A stretch of 32,000 bases of DNA, taken from contig OY762007.1 in NCBI GenBank assembly GCA_963665115.1, positions 4,132,341 to 4,164,340 of the forward strand, read 5' to 3'. Source of the stretch: an uncultured Rivularia sp. GTDB taxonomy: Bacteria > Cyanobacteriota > Cyanobacteriia > Cyanobacteriales > Nostocaceae. This document shows, piece after piece, positions 1 through 11,731 of this stretch. The notes under the pieces are model-generated. The model was not told the DNA's origin. It saw only the letters and a program-made list of their open reading frames with translations, and did no database searches. Both the position numbers and the translations under genes were made by a program. Every line of letters starts with the position of its first letter. The first letter of the stretch is position 1.

Positions 1-1
1 A

Positions 2-1417
2 AGCGAATCTACAGCTACACCAGCGAAAGCTAAAAAAGGTGGTTGTGGAACTGGCTGCGACGATAATAGCAGCCCTAGCATCGAAATAGATGAGAGAACA
101 AAAGAGCGGATTGCAAAGCACCCTTGTTATAGCGAAGAAGCTCATCATCATTATGCAAGAATGCACGTTGCCGTTGCTCCTGCCTGCAACATTCAGTGCA
201 ACTACTGCAACCGAAAGTATGACTGTGCGAACGAAAGTCGTCCCGGAGTAGTTAGCGAACTACTCTCACCAGAAGAAGCAGCACAAAAAGTTCTGGTAGT
301 TGCAGGTAAGATTCCTCAAATGACAGTGTTAGGAATCGCTGGTCCTGGCGACCCCTTAGCAAACCCGGAAAAGACCTTCAGCACCTTTGAGAAGATTAAT
401 AAAGAAGCACCAGACATTAAATTGTGTCTATCAACCAACGGTTTGATGCTACCGGATTATGTAGAACGGATTAAGGAATTAAACGTTGACCATGTAACAA
501 TTACAATCAACATGGTCGATCCTGAAATCGGAGCCAAAATCTACCCTTGGGTTCACTATAAGCGCAAGCGTTACAGAGGAATTGAAGGAGCAAGAATTCT
601 GCATGAAAGACAGATGGAAGGCTTAGAACTTCTTCGCGAAGCAGATATTCTATGCAAAATTAACTCTGTATTGATTCCAGGAGTTAACGACCATCATCTT
701 CCCGAAGTAAACAAAGCTGTCCGCGAACGAGGCGCATTTATTCACAATATTATGCCCTTGATTAGCGCCCCAGAACACGGTACTCACTTTGGATTGAACG
801 GACAAAGAGGTCCTACTTCTAAAGAATTAAAAGAAGTACAAGACAAATGTTCTGGTAACATGAAAATGATGCGTCATTGTCGCCAGTGTCGTGCAGACGC
901 AGTAGGATTATTAGGAGAAGACCGCAGCCAAGAATTTAGCAAAGAAAAATTCATGGAAATGACTCCAGAATATAATCTGGAGCAGCGTCAAGAAGTTCAT
1001 CAAGGCATCGAGAAAAATATACAAGAACTCGAAGCAGCCAAAAAAGGACTTGAAACCTTCGATTTAGAACTTAGCGGCGAAAAAATGTTGCTAGCAGTAG
1101 CAACCAAAGGTGGTGGTATAGTTAACCAACACTTTGGACATGCCAAAGAGTTTCAAATATACGAAGTTGATGGTAGAAAAGTTGAATTCATCGGCCATCG
1201 CAAAGTTGACCATTTCTGTCAAGATGGATACGGTGAGGAAGCCACTTTAGAAAATATCATAAAAACACTTGCTGATTGTCAAGCAGTATTGGTTTCCAAA
1301 ATTGGGGATTGTCCCAAAGAAGAACTTCAAAAAGCAGGAATAAAAGCTGTTGAAGCTTACGACGTAATTGATAAAGTTGCTCTAGAATTTTACAAAGAAG
1401 CAATTAATAATCAGTAA
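2..1417 (+). CDS. nifB: NifB, radical-SAM NifB-co synthase; the 5' end lies outside the window
   Basis: The frame is open from nt 2: ...[36 protein letters not shown] carries the CxxxCxxC radical-SAM motif. The C-terminal NifX-like domain is present ([27 protein letters not shown]). The track ORF 161..1417 begins only at an internal Met. Confidence 0.95.
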   Translation, partial: SESTATPAKAKKGGCGTGCDDNSSPSIEIDERTKERIAKHPCYSEEAHHHYARMHVAVAPACNIQCNYCNRKYDCANESRPGVVSELLSPEEAAQKVLVVAGKIPQMTVLGIAGPGDPLANPEKTFSTFEKINKEAPDIKLCLSTNGLMLPDYVERIKELNVDHVTITINMVDPEIGAKIYPWVHYKRKRYRGIEGARILHERQMEGLELLREADILCKINSVLIPGVNDHHLPEVNKAVRERGAFIHNIMPLISAPEHGTHFGLNGQRGPTSKELKEVQDKCSGNMKMMRHCRQCRADAVGLLGEDRSQEFSKEKFMEMTPEYNLEQRQEVHQGIEKNIQELEAAKKGLETFDLELSGEKMLLAVATKGGGIVNQHFGHAKEFQIYEVDGRKVEFIGHRKVDHFCQDGYGEEATLENIIKTLADCQAVLVSKIGDCPKEELQKAGIKAVEAYDVIDKVALEFYKEAINNQ

Positions 1418-1427
1418 AAGTTAATAG

Positions 1428-1499
1428 TTTTAGATTTTGGATTTATATTCAATCCAAAATCTAAAATCCAAAATCCAAAATCCAAAATTCAGAATCATT
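1428..1499. repeat. Perfect 16-bp hairpin followed by an STRR-like heptamer array in the nifB-fdxN spacer
   Basis: TTTTAGATTTTGGATT (1428..1443) pairs perfectly with AATCCAAAATCTAAAA (1451..1466) across a 7-nt loop. From 1451 there are seven tandem heptamers: AATCCAA, AATCTAA, AATCCAA x3, AATTCAG, AATCATT. Confidence 0.85.
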
Positions 1500-1551
1500 C
1501 ATTACCCAGTGCCATTACCTCAATTCAAGAACATAAATAAAGGTAGAAAAA

Positions 1552-1887
1552 ATGGCTTACAAAATTACTAACAAATGTATTTCCTGCGATTTGTGTAAAA
1601 CGATATGTCCCGAGAACGCTATCAAAATAGTTGATCAACGTCCCTGGATTGACCCCGAACTTTGTACAAATTGTGTTGATAGTATTTATTCAGTACCCCA
1701 ATGTAAAGCAGGTTGTCCTACATTTGACGGCTGCGTGGAAATAACATCCGATTATTGGCAAAACTGGTTTGAAAATTACAAAAATGTAATATCACAAGTC
1801 ACTAATAAAACAGATTATTGGCAAAACTGGTTCAATATTTATTCGCAAAAATACTCCGAACAGTTAGTAGTAGACAGTGAGCAGTGA
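1552..1887 (+). CDS. fdxN: FdxN-type 2x[4Fe-4S] ferredoxin, uninterrupted
   Basis: Two Cys clusters are present (CISCDLCKTICP and CTNCVDSIYSVPQCKAGCP). The position between nifB and nifS is the canonical cyanobacterial order. Confidence 0.85.
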   Translation: MAYKITNKCISCDLCKTICPENAIKIVDQRPWIDPELCTNCVDSIYSVPQCKAGCPTFDGCVEITSDYWQNWFENYKNVISQVTNKTDYWQNWFNIYSQKYSEQLVVDSEQ

Positions 1888-2023
1888 GTGAGGTTAAAGG
1901 TTATTCACCTTGTCCCCTTATACCCTTGTCTCCCCATTTCCTTCTCTCCTACTGCCTGGTTATAAAAAAAACAGTAAAAGAGAAAACCGTTTATTCTGAA
2001 GTATTCTTAGAGATATTAAAATT

Positions 2024-3237
2024 ATGCAAAAAAAAGACTGTATTTATTTAGATAATAACGCTACTACTAAAGTAGATCCGCAAGTTGTAGAGGCAATGTT
2101 GCCCTACTTAACCGAAAATTACGGCAATCCTTCCAGTATGCATACCTTTGGAGGAGGAGTCGGTAAAGCAGTAAAGCAAGCTAGAGAAAATATTGCAGCT
2201 TTGCTTGGTGCAGAATCCTCTGAAATTGTCTTTAACAGTGGTGGAACTGAAGGAGATAACGCTGCTATTCGGGCTGCACTCCAAGCACAGCCTGACAAAA
2301 AACATATTATTACCACCCAGGTAGAACATCCCGCAGTACTTAACCTTTGCAAACAACTGCAAAAGCAAGGCTACAGAGTTACTTATCTTTCGGTGAATCG
2401 TCAGGGGGACAGCTAGATTTACATGAATTGGAAGAAGCACTAACTCACGAAACCGCTTTGGTAAGCGTTATGTATGCTAATAACGAAACTGGCGTGATAT
2501 TCCCGGTAGAAGAAGTTGGCAAACTAGCTAAAAAACATGGCGCACTGTTTCATGTTGATGGAGTCCAGGCTGTAGGGAAAATTCCCCTTAATATGAAAGA
2601 CAGCACCATTGATATGCTGACGCTCTCAGGCCACAAAATGCATTCACCCAAAGGGATTGGCGCATTATACGTGCGAAAAGGAGTCAGATTCCGTCCTTTG
2701 ATAATCGGTGGAGGGCAAGAACGCGGCAGACGTGCGGGAACCGAAAACGTGCCTGCAATCGTAGCTTTAGGTAAAGCTGCCGAACTCGAACTGCTACATT
2801 TAGAAGAAGCAGGAAAAAGACAAAAAAGTTTACGCGATCGCCTAGAACAAGCTATAATAGAATCAGTTGAAGAATGCGAAATCAATGGTGGCGCAACGCA
2901 GAGATTGCCTAACACTACAAATATTGGTTTCAAATATATCGAAGGCGAAGCAATTTTACTACTACTCAATCAGCACGGAATCTGTGCATCCAGCGGTTCC
3001 GCTTGTAGTTCCGGTTCTTTAGAGCCTTCCCATATTTTACGGTCAATGGGAGTACCCTATACAACTTTGCACGGTTCCATTCGCTTTAGTCTTTCTCGTT
3101 ACAATACTGAAGCTGATGTTGATGCAGTATTAGCAGTACTACCCGCCATCGTGCGCCGTCTACGCGAGCTATCACCCTTCAAAAACGATGATGCGGCTTG
3201 GCTAAAAGACCAAGAACAAGCTTTAGCTCAACACTAA
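2024..3237 (+). CDS. nifS: NifS cysteine desulfurase, read in two frames with an apparent 1-nt deletion at a G5 run (2404..2408)
   Basis: ORF 2024..2416 encodes MQKKDCIYLDNNATTKVDP...RVTYLSVNRQG. ORF 2347..3237 continues with GQLDLHELEEAL...LSGHKMHSPKGIGALYVRKG (PLP-Lys motif) and SSGSACSSGS (active-site Cys). The total of 1214 nt plus 1 equals 405 codons. Confidence 0.88.
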
Positions 3238-3355
3238 AAGTTAGGAATTAGGAGTTAAGAGTGAGGAGTTAAAGAATTTATCCTACTCTTCCCAAAACTC
3301 CCACCTCCTCACGAAAAATTATTCATAATTCACTACTCATTACGAAAATAAAGCT

Positions 3356-4255
3356 ATGTGGGACTACACAGATAAAGTATTAGAATTCTTCTACAACCCA
3401 AAAAATCAGGGTACTTTAGAAGATAACGGCGAAAATGGAGTTAAAGTTGCTGTTGGGGAAGTAGGTAGTATCGCCTGCGGAGACGCACTAAGACTGCATA
3501 TAAAAGTAGACGAAGATACAAACAAAATCCTTGACGCTCGATTTCAAACATTTGGTTGCACAAGTGCGATCGCATCTTCCGAAGCTCTGGTAGAATTAGT
3601 AAAGGGCAAGACAATAGATGAAGCCCTCAATATTTCTAACAAAGAGATTGCCGAGTTTTTAGGCGGATTACCTCAAGAAAAAATGCACTGCTCGGTAATG
3701 GGGCAAGAAGCCTTAGAAGCAGCAATTTCTAACTATAAAGGTATTCCAATTGTCGCTCACGACGAAGATGACGAAGGAGCTATTATCTGTACCTGCTTCG
3801 GTATCACCGAGCCTAAAATTCAACGAATTGTAAAAGAAAATAAGCTTACAACCGCAGAAGAAGTTACGAACTTTATTAAAGCTGGTGGCGGATGTGGAAC
3901 TTGTTTGGCAACCATTGATGACATCATCATCGAAAACCAAAGAAGTTCTCACTTTACCGCTCAGGAAACATCCAGCAACGGTAATACAAACGGCAAGATT
4001 AGCGAAAAACCGCTAACACCAGTGCAAAAAATAGCACTTATACAAAAAGTATTAGATGAAGAAGTAAGACCCATTCTAATCGCCGATGGGGGAGACGTAG
4101 AACTTTACGATGTAGAAGGCGATAATGTCAGAGTTATGCTTCAAGGCGCTTGCGGTTCATGTTCTAGCAGCTTGGCTACTCTCAAAAATGCCATCGAAGC
4201 TAAATTAAAAGAACGTATCAGCAATAGTATTACAGTCGAATCAGTTAGCAGTTAG
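3356..4255 (+). CDS. nifU: NifU Fe-S cluster scaffold
   Basis: The N-terminal IscU-like domain is present (GSIACGDALRLHIKV, FGCTSAIASSEAL, HCSVMG). So are the central ferredoxin-like Cys set (CTCFG...GGGCGTC) and the C-terminal Nfu domain (GACGSCSSS). Confidence 0.95.
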   Translation: MWDYTDKVLEFFYNPKNQGTLEDNGENGVKVAVGEVGSIACGDALRLHIKVDEDTNKILDARFQTFGCTSAIASSEALVELVKGKTIDEALNISNKEIAEFLGGLPQEKMHCSVMGQEALEAAISNYKGIPIVAHDEDDEGAIICTCFGITEPKIQRIVKENKLTTAEEVTNFIKAGGGCGTCLATIDDIIIENQRSSHFTAQETSSNGNTNGKISEKPLTPVQKIALIQKVLDEEVRPILIADGGDVELYDVEGDNVRVMLQGACGSCSSSLATLKNAIEAKLKERISNSITVESVSS

Positions 4256-4279
4256 TGGTTAGTAGAAATCTATGAATAT

Positions 4280-4321
4280 CAACTAGCAACTAGCAACTAT
4301 CAACTAACAACCATCAACTAA
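4280..4321. repeat. STRR-like heptamer array in the nifU-nifH spacer
   Basis: Six tandem heptamers: CAACTAG, CAACTAG, CAACTAT, CAACTAA, CAACCAT, CAACTAA. Confidence 0.85.
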
Positions 4322-4457
4322 TTATGAATCTACAGCAAATAGTTGTAGAGCGTGCGCCACCCGCGACGTTCTATAAGCAAGTCACCCACCTCATAGGAGT
4401 GACAACTAGCAACCACTGCACCCACTCGATAAACCAATTAATTGCAGGAGAAAATAA

Positions 4458-4850
<393 letters not shown>

Positions 4851-4929
4851 TGAAATAGCAATCATTAGAACGATTAACCTGGACTCTACATTATTTTTAA
4901 ATTAAATAACTGCTATTATTCTATTAAAA

Positions 4930-4979
4930 AAGTGGTTTAGTAAAGCATTTTAACAAAATAACTTAAATAAACCACACTT
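4930..4979 (-). terminator. Possible terminator of the element-1 recombinase gene
   Basis: AAGTGGTTTA (4930..4939) pairs with TAAACCACACTT (4968..4979) with a 2-nt bulge. On the minus strand the stem is followed by TTTTTAATAG. It lies about 150 bp downstream of the stop at 5132. Confidence 0.35.
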
Positions 4980-5131
4980 ATTTTTATCTTATTTTTATTG
5001 CTTTTACTTTAATCTATTTCCCAATCATATTTTTTGGTAAAGTTGATTGTACTTAATTCAATTACAATCCTTTTAAGCGAAAATACATAATTGCAAACAA
5101 AGAAATTGTATCGTTATATATCTTTTATAAA

Positions 5132-6540
5132 TCACGTTTTTACTTGTTTTTCTATCTCCAAGCGTTTAATCGTTATCCTTAATGTTTCATTCTCTAACTC
5201 TAATTCCTTGACTCTACTTTCAAGTACTTTCATCATGCCTTGTTTAGCAGTTGCTGTATCAATGGCACTTTTACGATTGTCTAGTGAGAACCATTTTTGA
5301 TAAGTATTGGTATGCATCTGCACGCTATGACCTAAATTATCTGATGCAGCTTTGATTGGTATACCCATTAAGTGCGCTCTAATTGCCCAAGCATGACGCA
5401 AATCGTAGGGAGTAAAACCACATTTTGCTTTTTTAAACCAGTTGCAATTAGCTAATTTGTTAGAATTAAGCCTTTTGTAGGAGATTGAATCTGTAAAATA
5501 TTCTGCAACTGATGAAGATACTTCTTGATTCTTTAAATCAAATAGTTCAATCCATCTTTCGTGTAGTGGTAAAACTTCTCTTTCTCCAGTTTTAGCTAAT
5601 TCATCTACTTTCCAGGTACTGTTAATATTCTCTTTACTTAACCACCATTCGATATTAGGACGTAAAAATAACTCACGCGGGCCCTCAACCCGTATGTTGC
5701 TAACATCCCATATATCCACCGATATATTTTCCAATTATCTTCAAATTTTCTATTCTTAATTCCTCGCTGCTGCCTACCGTTTGCATATTGTTCGTATCCC
5801 AAATATGCTGCTTCTATTTGGCTGTCACTAGGAATATTCCTTTTTTGTGCCTTTGGTCGTTTCAGATATTCGGCTACGTTTATATCTATATCAAAATACT
5901 TTGCGAATATTGATATAGAAATAGCCAAATTTCGTCTAGGGTAGCTTTCTGGTTCGGTAGTATCGAGTATTTGTAAAAGATTATCTGATGTTGCTAGTTG
6001 TTCTAAAGGTATGCGTCTTGTTAACTCTCTAAAGTAGTTATTAAAACTGTGTTCGCTTTTGATTGTGCGCTTGTGGTTTTTGAAGTACTCATTCTCAAAT
6101 CTTTCTAATAAATCACCAAACGTTTTGACTTCTAGTTTTTGCTTGCTCTTAACTCCCAAGTATTTATCATTCCATACAAAACTTTTTCTGGCTATTAACT
6201 TACCTAATTCGTAAGCTTCTTCCTCAGCGGTTTTTAACCCATCTAAATTTGCTGGTATTCCCAATGAAATCAAATACTGTTTAGTACCAGTACCTTTTTT
6301 ATCTTTATCGCCTGGTTTTAGGGGAAGTGTTGCCTGTAAAGCCAAACTATTGTTGTTCTTCGTCACCTTAGCTTTACACCTAGCTGCTTTTAATCGTTCT
6401 TTTAACTGAGCAAACTGCTTTTCAAATTCTTCTTGCATATATTTTTCTCTATGCGCGTCATGGTGTTTGATGCCGAAGTATGACCCATCTGTGCTTGGTA
6501 GTGGCTGATAGTCAGCAAACCCTGTATCTCTATCAATCAT
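5132..6540 (-). pseudogene. XisA/XisC-family tyrosine recombinase, frameshifted at GGGCCC (5679..5684)
   Basis: ORF 5638..6540 contains ...LQATLPLKPGDKDKKGTGTKQYLISLGIPANLDGLKTAEEEAYELGKLIARKSFVWNDKYLG...IYRWIYGMLATYGLR. ORF 5132..5734 continues with PRELFLRPNIEWWLSKENINSTWKV...YDLRHAWAIRAHLMGIPIKAASDNLGHSVQMHTNTYQKW, which holds the catalytic R-H-R-Y region. The total of 1409 nt is not a multiple of 3. Confidence 0.8.
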
Positions 6541-6632
6541 ATTTACCTTACTTTTACATTACTTTTTTGGCTGTTTAGCACAAGCTTTTACATAGCTGTA
6601 ATTAGTTCAGGCTAAACAAAAGTATTGTATAA

Positions 6633-6740
<108 letters not shown>

Positions 6741-6822
6741 TAAATCTACTTTTTATAATTTAAAACTTTCAAAAAAAAATATCTAATTTTAACTATAGGA
6801 TTAATATTTAGGTATTAAAAGA

Positions 6823-6852
6823 CCTGCTTTTATTCACAAAAGCGGGTTTTTT
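6823..6852. terminator. Hairpin plus T-run in the left arm of element 2
   Basis: CCTGCTTTT (6823..6831) pairs with AAAAGCGGG (6838..6846) with one G-U pair. It is followed by T6 (6847..6852) on the plus strand and by TCTTTTAAT on the minus strand. It sits downstream of the integrase stop and in the path of nifH read-through. Confidence 0.5.
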
Positions 6853-6925
6853 AGTTATTGTTAATCAATCAAAAATATTTATTTATGATTATTCCGAATT
6901 TACAATGTCCAATTCCCAAATTCCT

Positions 6926-8371
6926 TTACTTAGTAAATTTTGATAATAATGTTGTGAGTTGATTTATTTGTGCTTGCTGTTGCTCAATGATTGCTTTCAA
7001 TTCATCAACTTGAGAATTATTTTGTTGTGTATTTTCTTTGATACAAGATAACTCTGGATTAATATCGCTAGCAACCATTGATGCATCGCGGTAATGTTTA
7101 CGACTTACTTCTTCTGAATGCTCGCACCATGCGTTAACAATATGGGTTTCTCGACCTAAATCATATATTTGATGAGAAACAAAAGTATGCCGAGTATTAT
7201 TAACAGGTAAATATTTTGATACTTTTCCTTGCTCTACTAAATCTTTAACTAATCCTATATAATGAACGCCTCTAGAGGTTTTCCCATACCATTTTTCGCT
7301 CAAAGTTACTTGATGTATAGGTTTACCATTACCTTTAACTGAAAACACGCAATCATTGTCTTCTCCTTTTTTTAATTTGCTTAATATTTTCCATAATTTA
7401 CTATCTCTTTTCATGGGAAAGAATCTTATTGTTTCATTCTTAGTAGGCTTGAATATACGTGATTTACTATCAAAAGATTTTCTGATAATAATTCTTTCCT
7501 CATCAAACCTTATATCTTGCCACCATAAAGCTAAAGCCTCACCATTTCTACATCCAGTTAAAAATTTAAATGCGATTAATGGATAATATTTACAAAGTTT
7601 GGGATGAGTTTTAAAAGCTTCCATAATAATTTCAGCTTCTTCCCAACTAAAAGCTTTCTTTTTATCTAATAATTCATTATCTTCTGTATTTGATTTATCT
7701 TGATTTATTTCTTTTATTCTCTTTTTTGCAATTAAAGTCTCTTTTAATCCTAAAAAAGGATTTTTACCGATATAAACATCTTTGGCTATAGCGTAACTGT
7801 ATGCTCTTTCTAAAGCGCTCACAAGAGATTTTACATCATGAGCGTTACGATTTTTAATTAACCAATTAAATATTTGATTTGGGTCATATCCTACTTCTTT
7901 GATAGCAGAATTTAAATAATTAAGAAATGCACCTTTATAACTATTGATAAAAGTTGTTTTAGCTAGTCTATGTTCGGAAAATTCACAATACATTTGCCAA
8001 ATTTCCAAAATTGAAGGATTGGGTTTTACTGTACCTCCACTTTTATCTTCTGAAGCGATTCTAACTAATCTGATACGTGCCTTCAATCCGTACTCCTCTA
8101 AAACCTGTTGATACCTCTGTTCGTTAAATGCACCGCTGGTATCTACAAGCCATCCTAATTCCAATTCTTGCTGCAACCTCCGAGCAATTTTCATGGCTAA
8201 TTCTTCATTATCAGAAATGGCTTCTAAATTAATAGACTTCTTAAATTGCTTTCCTGCAAAATACTGTTTAGGAAAAACAACTCTAAATCTACCTTTTAAA
8301 TTTTCAATAGTGACTTGTTTTATATTCTTTTTACTATTATCTGATTCAAGGTACATATTCTGTATACTCAA
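6926..8371 (-). CDS. Tyrosine recombinase (phage-integrase family), intact at 481 aa and distinct from the XisA-like proteins
   Basis: The C-terminal catalytic region has LTGCRNGEALAL (Arg), NNTRHTFVSH (H-x-x-R) and EHSEEVSRKHYRD (His and the Tyr nucleophile). I saw no shared blocks with the recombinases at 5132..6540 or 31293... Confidence 0.8.
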   Translation of the reverse strand: MSIQNMYLESDNSKKNIKQVTIENLKGRFRVVFPKQYFAGKQFKKSINLEAISDNEELAMKIARRLQQELELGWLVDTSGAFNEQRYQQVLEEYGLKARIRLVRIASEDKSGGTVKPNPSILEIWQMYCEFSEHRLAKTTFINSYKGAFLNYLNSAIKEVGYDPNQIFNWLIKNRNAHDVKSLVSALERAYSYAIAKDVYIGKNPFLGLKETLIAKKRIKEINQDKSNTEDNELLDKKKAFSWEEAEIIMEAFKTHPKLCKYYPLIAFKFLTGCRNGEALALWWQDIRFDEERIIIRKSFDSKSRIFKPTKNETIRFFPMKRDSKLWKILSKLKKGEDNDCVFSVKGNGKPIHQVTLSEKWYGKTSRGVHYIGLVKDLVEQGKVSKYLPVNNTRHTFVSHQIYDLGRETHIVNAWCEHSEEVSRKHYRDASMVASDINPELSCIKENTQQNNSQVDELKAIIEQQQAQINQLTTLLSKFTK

Positions 8372-8418
8372 AACAATTTTAAGTATTGCAAAAGTTGAAT
8401 TTAAACTAATTGCAATAA

Positions 8419-10255
<1,837 letters not shown>

Positions 10256-10522
10256 TTCTGGGTTGTTCATAATCTTTTTTAATGTTTCATCATCAAGGTG
10301 TTTGAAGCGTTTGAACAGCATCAATTGTTCTAGTAGTTCTTCGGCTAGGGTTTTCATCTGCTTATTTACTATATTTACAGTAAAAAATGAAGGAATAAAT
10401 TGATAAAGACTAAGATAAAACTTAATTTTTTGTTGCGCTGTACTCTATAAACCAAACTAAGCATTTTCATGATTAAAGAGAAGCGCATCAGAGAATAAAC
10501 ACTGAAGGAGCAATGAAATTAC

Positions 10523-10925
10523 TTAAAACGTAGACTCTATAAGCTTCATAGCCCTTATACCTTTTTGATAATACTTTTGCTTGTTGCGATTTAATCTGAT
10601 TAATCTGATTACTAATTCTATGCAATCATCCTTGAAAATAACCCAATTTTGACCGTATAAACCAACATAAAAACTGCTATGTCTTCGCTCCAAACGAGGA
10701 TATTATTTGACACGACCTACATATTTTTGTACTCCTTTATGTTTAATTTTTTGACCTTGAATAGTTGCGCTAGTGTAAGCAATTGCTATTAACAACACTA
10801 AACAAATAAAGCGTTTATCTTTAACATTTGTCTCTTCCAAATTATAGCCGCCTGTTTTAAATTATCTAAATATTTCCTCTATATCAAATCGTTTTTTACA
10901 AGCCAAAATTGCGGATTATAAACTA
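10523..10925 (-). pseudogene. C-terminal remnant of an IS4-family DDE transposase
   Basis: The minus-strand translation reads ...CKKRFDIEEIFR*FKTGGYNLEETNVKDKRFICLVLLIAIAYTSATIQGQKIKHKGVQKYVGRVK*YPRLERRHSSFYVGLYGQNWVIF...YYQKGIRAMKLIESTF*. It keeps the Y(2)R(3)E(6)K spacing typical of IS4 with the Y replaced by C, has two in-frame stops and lacks an N-terminal part. Confidence 0.6.
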
Positions 10926-10937
10926 TCAAAATTTGAA

Positions 10938-11211
10938 CTGGGAGAACAAGGAATCGGTGGAAACCGCGAAATCAAAGGAGGTCAGATATTTGCTCCCTTT
11001 GCGATCGCCGACGGAACTCTTGAAGAAGTATTAGACGATAATCCCGACAACGACCCCCCAAGTCTACTTTGCTCATATTAGTGCAAATACTGATGGAGTA
11101 GACCACATTCGTAACTTAGGTGGTAACACCTGGGGTGTCGAAGAGATGCTCGGTGGTGGTGATATGGACTTCAACGATATTGTCTTTAAATTAGACGTAA
11201 CTGTGAGATAA
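10938..11211 (+). pseudogene. 3' remnant of a DUF4114-domain protein gene, frameshifted at a C6 run (11054..11059)
   Basis: Encodes LGEQGIGGNREIKGGQIFAPFAIADGTLEEVLDDNPDNDPP, then in another frame QVYFAHISANTDGVDHIRNLGGNTWGVEEMLGGGDMDFNDIVFKLDVTVR*. This parallels the C-terminus of the 1922-aa protein (SNDPSIYFPYLGANSDGVDHIKLLADNTFGFEDLPKGGDFDYNDLIVKVDFIG). The 5' end is cut off by the IS remnant. Confidence 0.7.
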
Positions 11212-11359
11212 ATGCAGTCTTCGTCGATTTAACTTAAAAGGTTTGAGTCTCCTCTCCCGCTAAAGCTTAAAACTTTAGTGGGAGTTTCTTCATTACTTGG
11301 TATTTTAAAATACATTTAATCAATAAAGTTTTATTTTCATATTTCCTCAATATTTTTCT

Positions 11360-11539
11360 ATGAATAAAAATAAAAATTATATTTTTGTTAAAAATAAACA
11401 ACCGAAACAACGAATTACAAATGATGCTCAAAATATTCGTCAACCAAAACATAGTGATTCTATTGAAAGTACTCTAGAAATTCTCAGACTATTAGAACGG
11501 AATGATAATCTCTCTAAATGTAAAACGGTGTCTTCTTGA
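11360..11539 (+). CDS. Hypothetical 59-aa basic ORF followed by a strong hairpin terminator
   Basis: My own translation is MNKNKNYIFVKNKQPKQRITNDAQNIRQPKHSDSIESTLEILRLLERNDNLSKCKTVSS. It lies in an AT-rich region and falls below the track cutoff. The only support is the terminator 27 nt downstream. Confidence 0.2.
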   Translation: MNKNKNYIFVKNKQPKQRITNDAQNIRQPKHSDSIESTLEILRLLERNDNLSKCKTVSS

Positions 11540-11565
11540 ATAGTTCGTTTTCCCTGAAACAATGT

Positions 11566-11597
11566 AGAGACGTAGCAATGCTACGTCTCTTTTATTT
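11566..11597 (+). terminator. Rho-independent terminator-like hairpin
   Basis: AGAGACGTAGC (11566..11576) pairs perfectly with GCTACGTCTCT (11580..11590) across a 3-nt loop, followed by TTTATTT. Confidence 0.55.
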
Positions 11598-11731
11598 GCT
11601 GCTATAAGTAAACCGCTATTGTCAACTTTAAAGAAACCCAGTTTCTTTTTATAAAAACACGATTATCTCGTTTGGTCATTTGCAAGAAACCGGGTTTATT
11701 AGTGCTTGTTGATAATGGTGCAAGATTTGTG

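Noticed and set aside
2404-2408. Programmed ribosomal frameshifting in nifS.
   Set aside because: There is no slippery heptamer or downstream structure. The same kind of break occurs at homopolymers in unrelated genes, so an indel or sequencing error is the simpler explanation.
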